A stretch of 21,323 bases of DNA from assembly GCA_038046625.1 (NCBI GenBank), contig JBBSVV010000041.1, forward strand, positions 1 through 21,323, given 5' to 3'. The translations under genes were made by a program, and so were the position numbers. The notes below the pieces were generated by a model that ran no database searches, had not been told where the DNA came from, and was given only the letters and a program-made list of their open reading frames with translations. Below, one piece after another: positions 1 through 8,946 of the stretch (positions are counted from its first letter, which is position 1; the number at the start of each line of letters is the position of its first letter). Source of the stretch: an archaeon. Its GTDB lineage: Archaea; Iainarchaeota; Iainarchaeia; Iainarchaeales; Iainarchaeaceae.

Positions 1-519
1 AAAGTAACCATGAAATACCCCGCAATATACCTGATGGAAGAAGGGGCAAGGGGGGAAGTATTAAGCATTGCCCTCTCGGGAAAAGGGCAGCACCAGGATG
101 CGGGGGCAAAGGCGGTGCACCTTGCAAGCAACACCACAAGCAAGATTACAAGCAAAAGCATCAGCAAGGATGGGGGAAGAAGCAGCTACCGCGGCCTCGT
201 TAAGGTAATGAAAGGCTGCAGGAACGTGAAAAGCAACGTGACCTGCGACGCACTCATACTGGACAAGGATTCGAGGAGCGACACTTACCCCTACATGGAA
301 ATAGACGAGCCAACCGCCACAATAGCGCATGAGGCAACAGTCGGCAAAATCGGCGATGACCAGATATTCTACCTCACTTCGCGCGGCCTGTCACAAGCGG
401 AAGCGCTGACGCTTATCGTGCTCGGCTTCATACAGCCGTTCACCAAAACCCTGCCGCTTGAATACTCCGTTGAATTGAACAGGCTCATTGAAATGGAAAT
501 GGAAAACTCCGTGGGGTGA
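1..519 (+). CDS. sufB: Fe-S cluster assembly protein SufB, C-terminal part (5' end outside window)
   Basis: Frame open from base 1. Motifs MKYP, QHQDAGAK, SYRGLV, CDALI, SDTYPY, HEATVGKI, FYLTSRG, LPLEYSVELNRL. Confidence 0.95.
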   Translation, partial: KVTMKYPAIYLMEEGARGEVLSIALSGKGQHQDAGAKAVHLASNTTSKITSKSISKDGGRSSYRGLVKVMKGCRNVKSNVTCDALILDKDSRSDTYPYMEIDEPTATIAHEATVGKIGDDQIFYLTSRGLSQAEALTLIVLGFIQPFTKTLPLEYSVELNRLIEMEMENSVG

Positions 520-1637
520 AGGCTCTAATGCAGAAAACAGCTGCGCTCACAGGAGCAACCGGCAGCGCAAAGCTGCTCGAGGAATACAGGAAAAAAAACC
601 TTGAAATCTTTGCCGCGAAGCCCATAAAAAAAAGCAAGTACTCCAGCATAGCGAGGCTTGATGAAAGCCTGGAAAAAAGCAACGGAAATGTGAAAGTCAA
701 AGTCCTGGGAGCGAAACTGCAAAGTCTCCGGGAATTCACGGAAAAAAACCAGGAAATGATTGGGAAAATCCTTTCAATGGAGGAAGCCCCTAAAGACCAG
801 TTCGAGGCATTCGTCAACGCAAACTTCTCGGATTCTTTCGTAATAACTGTAAGCGGGAAAACGAACGCGGAAATAACTCTTGAAGCTGACGAAGAAGCGT
901 GCATAAAGTACTTCATAATTGCCGAACAAAACTGCGAAGTGCAAATAATGCAGGCGCTCAAAGGCGAGGCAAAATTGCTCTGCAACTGCACCCTGCTTGT
1001 GCGCGAGGGCGCGAGGGTTACGCTCGCGACACTGCATCTGAACACCGCGGACAAATTTTTCCACCAGCAAAGCATACTCGAAAAGGACGCTTCTTTCACG
1101 AACAACGCGAGCTGGTTTGACGGCTCATACGTGAGGGCAAAAGCAACCGCAATCCTTGCCGGAGAAGGCTCGACAGCACTCGATTACAGCATTCTTTTCG
1201 GAAAAGGCAAAAAGCATTATGATTTGAACTACGTGGCCCTGCACAAAACAACCAACAGCAAAAGCCACGCTGTATTCAAGGCCGCATTGAAAGACGAGTG
1301 CACAAACGTTTTTGACGGAATGATACGGATAAAGCCCAAGGCCGATGGAACGAACGCGCTGCTTGAATGCAACAGCATGATTCTCGGGGAAAAGGCGAGG
1401 AGCAACCAGATTCCCGGCCTCGAAATCGAAACAGACGAGGTCAAGGCAACACATTCCGCAACCGTTGAGAGGATAGAGGACGAGCAGCTTTATTACCTGC
1501 AATCCCGCGGCATTGGAAAGGAAGACGCCAAGGACATAATAGTTGAAAGTTTCCTGGAAAGCGTGGTTTTCCTGCTCCCTGAAGGCGTGAGGAAACCAAT
1601 AAAAGAAGAAATAGGGAAACAATTGTCCGGAAAATGA
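516..1637 (+). CDS. sufD: Fe-S cluster assembly protein SufD
   Basis: C-terminal VFDGMIRI, IPGLEIETDEVKATHSATV, LYYLQSRGI. GTGA overlap with the sufB stop. Confidence 0.9.
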   Translation: MKALMQKTAALTGATGSAKLLEEYRKKNLEIFAAKPIKKSKYSSIARLDESLEKSNGNVKVKVLGAKLQSLREFTEKNQEMIGKILSMEEAPKDQFEAFVNANFSDSFVITVSGKTNAEITLEADEEACIKYFIIAEQNCEVQIMQALKGEAKLLCNCTLLVREGARVTLATLHLNTADKFFHQQSILEKDASFTNNASWFDGSYVRAKATAILAGEGSTALDYSILFGKGKKHYDLNYVALHKTTNSKSHAVFKAALKDECTNVFDGMIRIKPKADGTNALLECNSMILGEKARSNQIPGLEIETDEVKATHSATVERIEDEQLYYLQSRGIGKEDAKDIIVESFLESVVFLLPEGVRKPIKEEIGKQLSGK

Positions 1638-1641
1638 CACC

Positions 1642-2859
1642 ATGGATGCACAAAAAATCAGGCAGGATTTCCCGATTCTCAGGATAAGGCACAACGGAAA
1701 GCAAATTGCCTACCTGGACAATGCGGCAACCACGCAAAAGCCACGCAGCGTAATAAACGCGGTGAAGGAATACTACGAAAATTACAATGCGAATGTCCAT
1801 CGTGGACTCAATTTCCTGAGCCAGAAGGCAACGGACAAGTATGAGGAGGCCCACGAAAAAACCGCGCGCCTCATAAACGCAAAAAGTCCGGGGGAAATAG
1901 TGTTCACGAAGAATGCTACGGAGAGCCTGAACCTCCTTGCCTACTCGCTTGAAGGAAAAGTTTCCGAAGGCGACGAGATACTGCTCACGAAAATGGAGCA
2001 CCACGCGAACCTTGTTCCGTGGCAGGAGCTCGCGAAAAGAAAAAAAGCCAAACTGGTTTTTGCAGGAATAACGCGCGAAGGAAAGCTGGACCTCGAGGAT
2101 TTTGCCCTGAAAATCGGCAACAGGACAAAAATAGTTTCTGTCACGCAGGCCTCGAACATACTCGGCACAATAAATCCTGTAAAGAGGCTGGCAAAAGAAG
2201 CCAAAAAAAACGGCGCGATTTTCATAATCGATGCGGCACAGTCCGCACCGCACATTAAAATAGACGCAAGGGGAATCGGCGCGGATTTCATGGCGTTTTC
2301 CGCACACAAAATGCTCGGGCCGACAGGAATTGGCGTGCTCTGGGGAAAGGAAGAAATGCTCGGGGAAATGCCGCCTTTTTTGACTGGCGGAGACATGATT
2401 TCTGAAGTGACGTTCGAAAAAAGCACGTGGAATAAATTGCCGTGGAAATTCGAGGCCGGAACGCCTAACATTGCCGGGGCAATAGGCTTTGGCGCGGCAA
2501 TCGATTACCTCAAAAAAACCGGGTTTGCCGGGATACGCGCGCAGGAACAAAGGCTCCTGAAATACGGGCTGAGGAGGCTCTCTGAAATCAACGGCGTAAA
2601 GCTCTACGGCCCGAAAGCCGGCGAAAGGACCGGAATCATTGCGTTCAACCTGAATAATGTGCATCCGCATGACGTTGCGGGCATACTTGACGAAAATGCT
2701 GTCGCAATACGTTCCGGCAATCACTGCGCACAGCCGTTAATGAATGAAATGGGCATACAGGGCGTTGCGAGGGCGTCATTCTACATTTACAACACCCCTG
2801 AAGAAATTGACAGGCTCGTGGACGGAATAATCCGCGCGAAAAAAGTTTTCGGTGTCTGA
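1642..2859 (+). CDS. sufS: Cysteine desulfurase SufS (group II)
   Basis: YLDNAATTQKP, EHHAN, DAAQS, SAHKMLGPTG (PLP lysine), RSGNHCA (catalytic Cys). Confidence 0.96.
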   Translation: MDAQKIRQDFPILRIRHNGKQIAYLDNAATTQKPRSVINAVKEYYENYNANVHRGLNFLSQKATDKYEEAHEKTARLINAKSPGEIVFTKNATESLNLLAYSLEGKVSEGDEILLTKMEHHANLVPWQELAKRKKAKLVFAGITREGKLDLEDFALKIGNRTKIVSVTQASNILGTINPVKRLAKEAKKNGAIFIIDAAQSAPHIKIDARGIGADFMAFSAHKMLGPTGIGVLWGKEEMLGEMPPFLTGGDMISEVTFEKSTWNKLPWKFEAGTPNIAGAIGFGAAIDYLKKTGFAGIRAQEQRLLKYGLRRLSEINGVKLYGPKAGERTGIIAFNLNNVHPHDVAGILDENAVAIRSGNHCAQPLMNEMGIQGVARASFYIYNTPEEIDRLVDGIIRAKKVFGV

Positions 2860-3270
2860 ATGAAAAAAGAGATTTACACGGAAATAATACTTGACCTGTA
2901 CAGGAACCCCGTGAACAGGGGAAAGCTCGAGGGCGCGGATGTCGAGGCACAGGGCGGGAACCCCACATGCGGCGACAACGTTTACTTCACAATGAAAATC
3001 GGCGAAGGCAAAATACAGGACATAAAATTCTTGGGCAGCGGCTGCGCAATAAGCACAGCAGCTGAATCCCTTTTGACGGAAATGGTAAAAGGGAAAAGCA
3101 TTAAGCACGCGAAAAAAATTTCCGGTGAGCAGCTCCTGGGCGAACTTGGCGGCATAATACAGACTCGGATGAAATGCGCTTTGCTCGGCCTGAATGTGCT
3201 TAAGAAAGGCCTTGAGGCTTACGAGAAAAGCGGTGGAAAAAAAACCATTGTAAAGGGCATAATCATTTGA
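2860..3270 (+). CDS. sufU: SufU/IscU-family Fe-S scaffold or sulfur-transfer protein
   Basis: NPTCGD, GCAISTA, RMKCALL. Starts directly after sufS. Confidence 0.88.
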   Translation: MKKEIYTEIILDLYRNPVNRGKLEGADVEAQGGNPTCGDNVYFTMKIGEGKIQDIKFLGSGCAISTAAESLLTEMVKGKSIKHAKKISGEQLLGELGGIIQTRMKCALLGLNVLKKGLEAYEKSGGKKTIVKGIII

Positions 3271-3274
3271 ACTT

Positions 3275-3937
3275 TTAGTGAAAGCCTTTCATCAGTTCCC
3301 TGGCCGCGTTTTTTTGGTTTTCGGCCTTGACTATTCCCGAGGCAACGAAAACGCCTTTAGTGCCCAGCTCCAAAGCTTTTCTCACGTCTCCGGAATTTTT
3401 TATTCCCGCGCCGGTGATGACAATTATTTTTTTGTCCACGGAATGAATGGCCTCAACCGAATCCGAGATTAGCTCGGGCCTGGCGGTGCTGACGCTTATG
3501 TCGCCGCCAATGAGTTCCGGGGGTTCGACGGCAATGAAATCCGGCGAAAACCCGGCTAATTCCCTTGCGCGCTGAATTGATTCCGCGCAGAGCATTACTT
3601 TCAAACCCGCATCCCTGCATCTGCGAACCGCCTTTTCAATGAATTCATTTGGGCGCTTGTTTTCCGCGTGGTTCAGGATTGTTCCGTATGCGCCCGCGCT
3701 TTTCAGGGCTTCTGGAAGAACCGCGCCGGTATTCGAGCCGAACGAAACAGGATCGGCATGCTGGGCAAAAACATTCAACGGCACTTTCGAAGCGACCTCT
3801 TTGAGGTCAAGAGCCTGAACAACGGGAATTATCTTGGCTCTTCCCTTCAAAGAAGCGAGCGCCCTTGCGAGAGAAACCGCATTCTTCCCCGTGCCCTCTC
3901 TATAAGTCTTGAAATTCACGAACAAGTAATTAACCAT
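3275..3937 (-). CDS. tpiA: Triosephosphate isomerase, short archaeal type
   Basis: NFKTY, AQH, LNHAE, AVEPPELIG, GAGI, VASG; 220 aa. Confidence 0.95.
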   Translation of the reverse strand: MVNYLFVNFKTYREGTGKNAVSLARALASLKGRAKIIPVVQALDLKEVASKVPLNVFAQHADPVSFGSNTGAVLPEALKSAGAYGTILNHAENKRPNEFIEKAVRRCRDAGLKVMLCAESIQRARELAGFSPDFIAVEPPELIGGDISVSTARPELISDSVEAIHSVDKKIIVITGAGIKNSGDVRKALELGTKGVFVASGIVKAENQKNAARELMKGFH

Positions 3938-4903
3938 TTACAACCACTTTTTCCGCCTGAAATAAATTATCATTGCAACCGTAACAATTGCCATCACAAC
4001 CAAAATGACATAGTAGAAGTTCACTCCAAGGGACTGGACCTCTGGAAAAACAATATTCATTCCGTAAAAACCCACGATAAGCGTCAGGGGCAGAATTATG
4101 GTGGAAATGACAGTGAGCAGCTTTATGATTTCGTTGAGCTTGTTTGACTGCACAGAAATGTACGCATCAAGCAGGTTGGTCATCAAATCCCGGTAAGAGT
4201 CCAGCATTTCATCCACTCTTATCATGTGGTCGTAAATATCGCGGAAATAAATTCCGATCGAAGGGTCAACCATCTTCGAGTCATGCCTCGATAGCATGGA
4301 AAGGGATTCGCGTTGCGGAACAACTTTTTTCCTGAGCTCAAGCACTTGCCTCTTCAGCAAAAAAATTTTTTCGAGGGCCTTTTCGTCATGATGCACGAGT
4401 ACATTGTCCTCGGCCTCAGCAAATTTTGCCTCCAAAGAATCAATGACGGGGAAATAATTGTCGACAAGGAGGTCAAGGATGAGGTAAGCGACGGCAGACG
4501 GGGTTTTTTTAAGCAGGGAGAAATTAGCATCCATGTTCTGCATTACTGAGTCTATGCAGCGGAGGCTCTTCCTGTGCACGGTCACCAAAAAATTTTTGCC
4601 CAGAAAAATGCCGAGCCTTGAAAAGGAAATTGATTTGCTTTCCAAAACGGGCTCGTGAAAAACCATTAGCAAGTGGCTCTCGAACTCTATGAGTTTCGGC
4701 CTGGCGTAAGAGTCCTGAATCGAGCCCCAGGCAAGCGGGTGCAGGGGCAAAACATCTTTGAGGCGGTCATAGTCCTCCTGCTCCGGATCCTCTATGTCAA
4801 CCCACACAAAGCCCTTTTGTGCCGGTATTGAAAGCTGTTCCGGCGCAACGTTGCGCATTTTTCCGGAATCGAACACTATCGCGGATTTTATCATCTGAAC
4901 CAA
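3938..4903 (-). CDS. corA: CorA Mg2+/Co2+ transporter (start may be ATG at 4894)
   Basis: WVDI, LHPLA, RPKL, YFRDIYDH, GFYGMN signature and two C-terminal hydrophobic helices. Confidence 0.95.
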   Translation of the reverse strand: MVQMIKSAIVFDSGKMRNVAPEQLSIPAQKGFVWVDIEDPEQEDYDRLKDVLPLHPLAWGSIQDSYARPKLIEFESHLLMVFHEPVLESKSISFSRLGIFLGKNFLVTVHRKSLRCIDSVMQNMDANFSLLKKTPSAVAYLILDLLVDNYFPVIDSLEAKFAEAEDNVLVHHDEKALEKIFLLKRQVLELRKKVVPQRESLSMLSRHDSKMVDPSIGIYFRDIYDHMIRVDEMLDSYRDLMTNLLDAYISVQSNKLNEIIKLLTVISTIILPLTLIVGFYGMNIVFPEVQSLGVNFYYVILVVMAIVTVAMIIYFRRKKWL

Positions 4904-4922
4904 GTATAGGAAAGTGTCGAAC

Positions 4923-4930
4923 TTTATAAA
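4923..4930. promoter_or_regulatory. Palindromic TATA box TTTATAAA between divergent corA and rel
   Basis: About 30 nt upstream of the corA ATG at 4894. Confidence 0.5.
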
Positions 4931-4981
4931 CGTTTGCGGGATGATAAGGGCTATAATACTGTTTTCCCAAAAGTTAATTAC

Positions 4982-6838
4982 ATGGCAGAAACCGGGATTG
5001 CCGCGGAATTCATGGAAAAATTTGGCAGGAGTTTTGGGGATGCCGCAGCACTGGAAAAGGCTTTCGCGCTAATCAGTAAAATGTGCAAGGCAAGCGGCCT
5101 GAACGAGGAGCTTTACTATGCGCACAACATAGGCGTGGCGGAAATACTCCTTGAAATGGGCATGGAAAAAGGGGTTGTGATAGCAGGGCTTATCCACAAC
5201 ATAGTGGAGCACGGCATACCGGAAAAGGATGTGGAGCAGGCGTTCGGCGGGAAAACGCTTGCAATGGTTCAGGAGAAAACGAGGCTGGAGAAGGCGCTTT
5301 TGTTCAAACCCCTGGACAAGGAAAACTCGAGAAAAAAACTCGTAATCGTGCTTTCAGCGAACCAGGATGTTGTAATGCTGGAACTGGCTGAAAGGCTCGA
5401 CATACTGAGGAAAATAGACAGGCTGCCGAAAGAAAAAAAGCAGGAATTCCTGAACGAAACAAAGGACATTTTCGCGAACCTCGCGCACAAAATAGGGGTT
5501 TATTACATCTCCACAGAAATGAACGACCTGATTTTCAGGCACCGGGAACCGGAGAAGTATGCGCTCATAGAGAAGGAAGTGCAGAAAATAGTGGAAAAGG
5601 GAAGGCATGACGTGCAGAATGTGAAAGCGAGGCTTGAAGCCGAAATGGAGAAAGCCGGAATAAAGGTCTCGGTTGTGGGGAGGACAAAAACGGTTTACAG
5701 CACGTTCGAGAAAATGCAGAGAAAAAAAAATCCTTTACAGAAAGTAATGGACATAAACGCGCTGAGGGGGATTGTGGAATCCGAAAAGGACTGCTACGAA
5801 GTCCTCGGGATAATCCACAGCAACTGGAAAGCAATCCCGGGGGAGTTCGACGATTACATTGCAAAGCCAAAGGCTAACGGCTACAGATCGCTGCACACAA
5901 CCGTGACGACTGAAAACGGGAACGCAGTGGAAATACAGGTGAGGACAAGGGAAATGGATGATTTCGCGGAATTCGGGGGGCAATCACACTGGATGTACAA
6001 GGGTGAGGAAGCGGACTCGAAATACGACAGGAAAATAGAGTGGATGAAGCAAGTCCTCGAATGGAAGAAAGAGGAAAACCAGAGCACGGAAATGGATCTG
6101 TTCGGGGAGCAGGTGTTCGCCATGACCCCCAAAGGGCAGGTTATCGAGCTCCCGAAAGGTGCAACAGTCATTGATTTTGCTTACGCAGTGCACACGGAAA
6201 TAGGCAACAGGTGCCAGAGCGCAAAAATAAACGGGAACATGGCATCACTGAACACGCAGATAAAAAACGGGGATGTGGTTGAAATAACCACTTCGCAGAG
6301 CCAAACCCCGAAAGTCTCGTGGCTGAACTTCGCAAAAACCGCCAAAGCGAAAAGCAAGATAAGGGTAAGGCTGAACATCAAAAAAACGCCGGAAAATGCG
6401 GCCATGCGGAGAAGCATGAGCCACGCAATAAAAACAGACTCGACAAAAGTAAGGCTTGCAAAATGCTGCTCGCCGGTTCCCGGGGACAACATAATAGGAT
6501 TCAAGACCAAAAAAAGAAAAATTTCCGTGCACCGCGCGGACTGCCAGGAAGCCACAAAGCTCGGGCTCGAAAAACTTGATGTGGAATGGCACAACGAGGC
6601 ACAAAACTACGAAGTGAACCTTTCAGTGAAGGCAAACGACAGGATAACGATACTCAAGGACCTCCTGGAAACTTTTTCAAAGAACAACGTAAAAGTAAAT
6701 TACGTGAACGCGAAAAAAGGCCAGGCAAACACCACGGTCTGCAGCTTCAGGATAAACGTGCGCAACAGGGCGCAGCTAGAGGCGCTCGCGGAAAAAATTG
6801 AAAATACCAGGGATGTCCTTGAAGTAATAAGGGAATAA
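4982..6838 (+). CDS. relA: Long RelA/SpoT homologue: degenerate HD domain, synthetase, TGS, ZFD, ACT
   Basis: Synthetase GRTK..ST..KM, DINALR, EFDDYIAKPKANGYRSLH, EIQVRT, SHWMYK; TGS TPKG..LPKGATVIDFAYAVHTEIG; ZFD LAKCCSPVPGD..HRADC; ACT-like C-terminus. ATG 4982 preferred to TTG 4934. Confidence 0.93.
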   Translation: MAETGIAAEFMEKFGRSFGDAAALEKAFALISKMCKASGLNEELYYAHNIGVAEILLEMGMEKGVVIAGLIHNIVEHGIPEKDVEQAFGGKTLAMVQEKTRLEKALLFKPLDKENSRKKLVIVLSANQDVVMLELAERLDILRKIDRLPKEKKQEFLNETKDIFANLAHKIGVYYISTEMNDLIFRHREPEKYALIEKEVQKIVEKGRHDVQNVKARLEAEMEKAGIKVSVVGRTKTVYSTFEKMQRKKNPLQKVMDINALRGIVESEKDCYEVLGIIHSNWKAIPGEFDDYIAKPKANGYRSLHTTVTTENGNAVEIQVRTREMDDFAEFGGQSHWMYKGEEADSKYDRKIEWMKQVLEWKKEENQSTEMDLFGEQVFAMTPKGQVIELPKGATVIDFAYAVHTEIGNRCQSAKINGNMASLNTQIKNGDVVEITTSQSQTPKVSWLNFAKTAKAKSKIRVRLNIKKTPENAAMRRSMSHAIKTDSTKVRLAKCCSPVPGDNIIGFKTKKRKISVHRADCQEATKLGLEKLDVEWHNEAQNYEVNLSVKANDRITILKDLLETFSKNNVKVNYVNAKKGQANTTVCSFRINVRNRAQLEALAEKIENTRDVLEVIRE

Positions 6839-7102
6839 TCACTCAGAACGGAGAGCCTCAATCGGGTCCATGCGCGAGGCAATGAATGCCGGGTAAAGGC
6901 CGCCAATGAGGCCAACGATGATTGCGCCGAAAAAAGAGCCTACTGCCAATTGAAGGGAAACTTTTGTGACAAGGCCGAAAGAGGCTATTATCTGTGCCGC
7001 ACCGAAGCCGAGCGCTATTCCGAAAATGCCGCCGAGTATGCCGATGAAAAGAGATTCGTAAAGAACCATTTTGAGCGCGGCTCCGCATGGTTTTAAGAAC
7101 AT
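6839..7102 (-). pseudogene. Orphan C-terminal fragment of a MacB/FtsX-family ABC permease
   Basis: ESLFIGILGG...GLYPAFIASRMDPIEALRSE is the typical MacB C-terminus. The N-terminal majority is absent, as is any ATPase partner nearby. Confidence 0.75.
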
Positions 7103-7143
7103 ATAAATACAAGTTCAAATTCAAACTATAAAGTGCGGAAAAA

Positions 7144-7893
7144 ATGGACACAATCAAAAGAATCCCTACAGGAATAACAGGTTTGGACGAGCTGCTTGAA
7201 GGCGGGTTTCCACAGTACAGGAGCGTGCTAGTTTCGGGCGGGTGCGGAACCGGAAAAACAATTTTCTCCGCACAGTACATTTACATTGGCGCAAGCAAGT
7301 ACAACGACCCGGGAATTTACGTGACACTTGACGAAAGGCCGGATTTGATAAGGCAGGACATGCAGCGCTTCGGGTGGGACTTCAGAAAGCTCGAAGACCA
7401 GAACATGCTCCAAATCATTGACGGCAGCATAGCAAAACTAGGCATCCCAAGCGAGGAAGAATTCTCGATGCCCAACACGGGCTTTGACATAGACAAACTC
7501 CTGCTGGAAATAATACGCGCAACAAAAAGAATCGGCGCTAAACGCGTTGTGATAGATTCCATTCCGGCACTCGGATTCAATTTCGAAAAAGAGAATGAAG
7601 TGAGAAATGCCGTGCTCAAGCTCTCATACATGCTAATGCGTATAGGCGTGACGACGATAATGACCTCCGAAATCGGGGAACAGGAAAACACGTACGGAAA
7701 ATTCGGCATAGAAGAATACGTGGTTGACGGCGTAATTGTGCTTCACTACATGGGAATAGGAACGCAGAGCAACAGGACGCTGCACATAAGGAAAATGCGC
7801 GCAACAAAGCACTCAGAAGATTTGCACCCGCTCGAGATAGGCACAAAAGGAATAAAGATAAGCAAGGTAGAGGAAGGCTACGAGGACGTTTAA
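7144..7893 (+). CDS. Single-domain KaiC/RAD55-like ATPase
   Basis: IPTGITGLDELLEGG, Walker A GGCGTGKT, Walker B VVIDS, IEEYVVDGVI, IRKMRATKH. Confidence 0.92.
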   Translation: MDTIKRIPTGITGLDELLEGGFPQYRSVLVSGGCGTGKTIFSAQYIYIGASKYNDPGIYVTLDERPDLIRQDMQRFGWDFRKLEDQNMLQIIDGSIAKLGIPSEEEFSMPNTGFDIDKLLLEIIRATKRIGAKRVVIDSIPALGFNFEKENEVRNAVLKLSYMLMRIGVTTIMTSEIGEQENTYGKFGIEEYVVDGVIVLHYMGIGTQSNRTLHIRKMRATKHSEDLHPLEIGTKGIKISKVEEGYEDV

Positions 7894-8945
7894 ACTTCCC
7901 GCTCAATGAGATAGCCCGCAAATTCCTTAAGCAATTTTTTTGAATCCGAATCCTTGAGAACCCCGTCAAGCTTTGACCAGCTTTTCAAAACGAGCTTTTT
8001 CGCAACCGAACTCGCGTAATCCATCGCACCGCACTCGGACAAAATAGAAATCGCCTCCTGTATTTCAGAAACGGAAGTTGTTTTCGAGTCAAGCAGTTTT
8101 ATGAGGCGCCGCTTTTTCTTTTTCTGGAGAACCGAAAAGGCGCGAATCACAATCAAGGTCCTTTTCCCTTCCGAAATGTCATCCCCCGTTTCCTTGCCCC
8201 ACCCCTCCGAAGGAACAAGATTAAGAATATCGTCCTGAATCTGGAAAGCAACGCCGATGCTTGTCGCAAAATCGGCGAATGCCCCGACCTGTTTTTCCGA
8301 GGCACCGCCGAGAATCGCGCCAAGCTGCGCAGCAAACCTCGACAACGAACCCGTCTTGAAGGAGCACATCTGAAGATACTCGGATTCTGAAACTTTGTTG
8401 CTGTAGCCGTGGTGCCAATGGATGTCAGTGGCCTGGCCAAAGGAAAGGAAAACCATTTCGCGGACATACAAATCATAAATTTTCGACTTTGTTTTCGCGT
8501 CAAGCGAAGGGCCCGAAAAAAGTTTCAGCAGCGGCAAAAAATACATTGCATTGCCCGCATTCACGGCCACATCAACGCCGAACAGAAGATGGGTTGAGGG
8601 CTTGCCGCGCCTCAAGGTAGAGGAATCTTGGACATCATCAATCATTATTGTTCCGTTGTGCACCAGCTCGGGGAGCACAGTGAACGAAACAGCCTTTTTC
8701 CTGTTACCGCCGACAGCCTCGCAGGCAAGAAGCAAAAGCCCGGGACGCCACCTCTTGCCACCCCTGTCAAGAAAATCCCAGATTGGGTCGGCAACGGATT
8801 TCTGCAAGGCAGACTCGTCAATCCTGAAAGATGGCTTGCCGAAATAACGCGCGAACCACTTCGAAGAAAATTTTTTGGGAAAAAAACGGAGCAGGGCTTC
8901 GTTGGTTTCCTTTGAAGATTTTGCTAGATAAGACTGCAGGTTCAT
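7890..8945 (-). CDS. Trans-isoprenyl diphosphate synthase (IdsA/GGPPS-like family)
   Basis: GGKRWRP, FARM DDVQD, RRGKP, GQATDI, KTG, FQIQDDILN, GDDISEGKRT. Confidence 0.93.
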   Translation of the reverse strand: MNLQSYLAKSSKETNEALLRFFPKKFSSKWFARYFGKPSFRIDESALQKSVADPIWDFLDRGGKRWRPGLLLLACEAVGGNRKKAVSFTVLPELVHNGTIMIDDVQDSSTLRRGKPSTHLLFGVDVAVNAGNAMYFLPLLKLFSGPSLDAKTKSKIYDLYVREMVFLSFGQATDIHWHHGYSNKVSESEYLQMCSFKTGSLSRFAAQLGAILGGASEKQVGAFADFATSIGVAFQIQDDILNLVPSEGWGKETGDDISEGKRTLIVIRAFSVLQKKKKRRLIKLLDSKTTSVSEIQEAISILSECGAMDYASSVAKKLVLKSWSKLDGVLKDSDSKKLLKEFAGYLIEREV

Positions 8946-8946
8946 T

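Noticed and set aside
1441..2724. 427-aa antisense ORF and other shadow ORFs
   Set aside because: Antisense to well-supported genes, with no recognisable motifs.
7144..7893. Circadian KaiC clock
   Set aside because: Single domain, no kaiA/kaiB nearby; common archaeal family.
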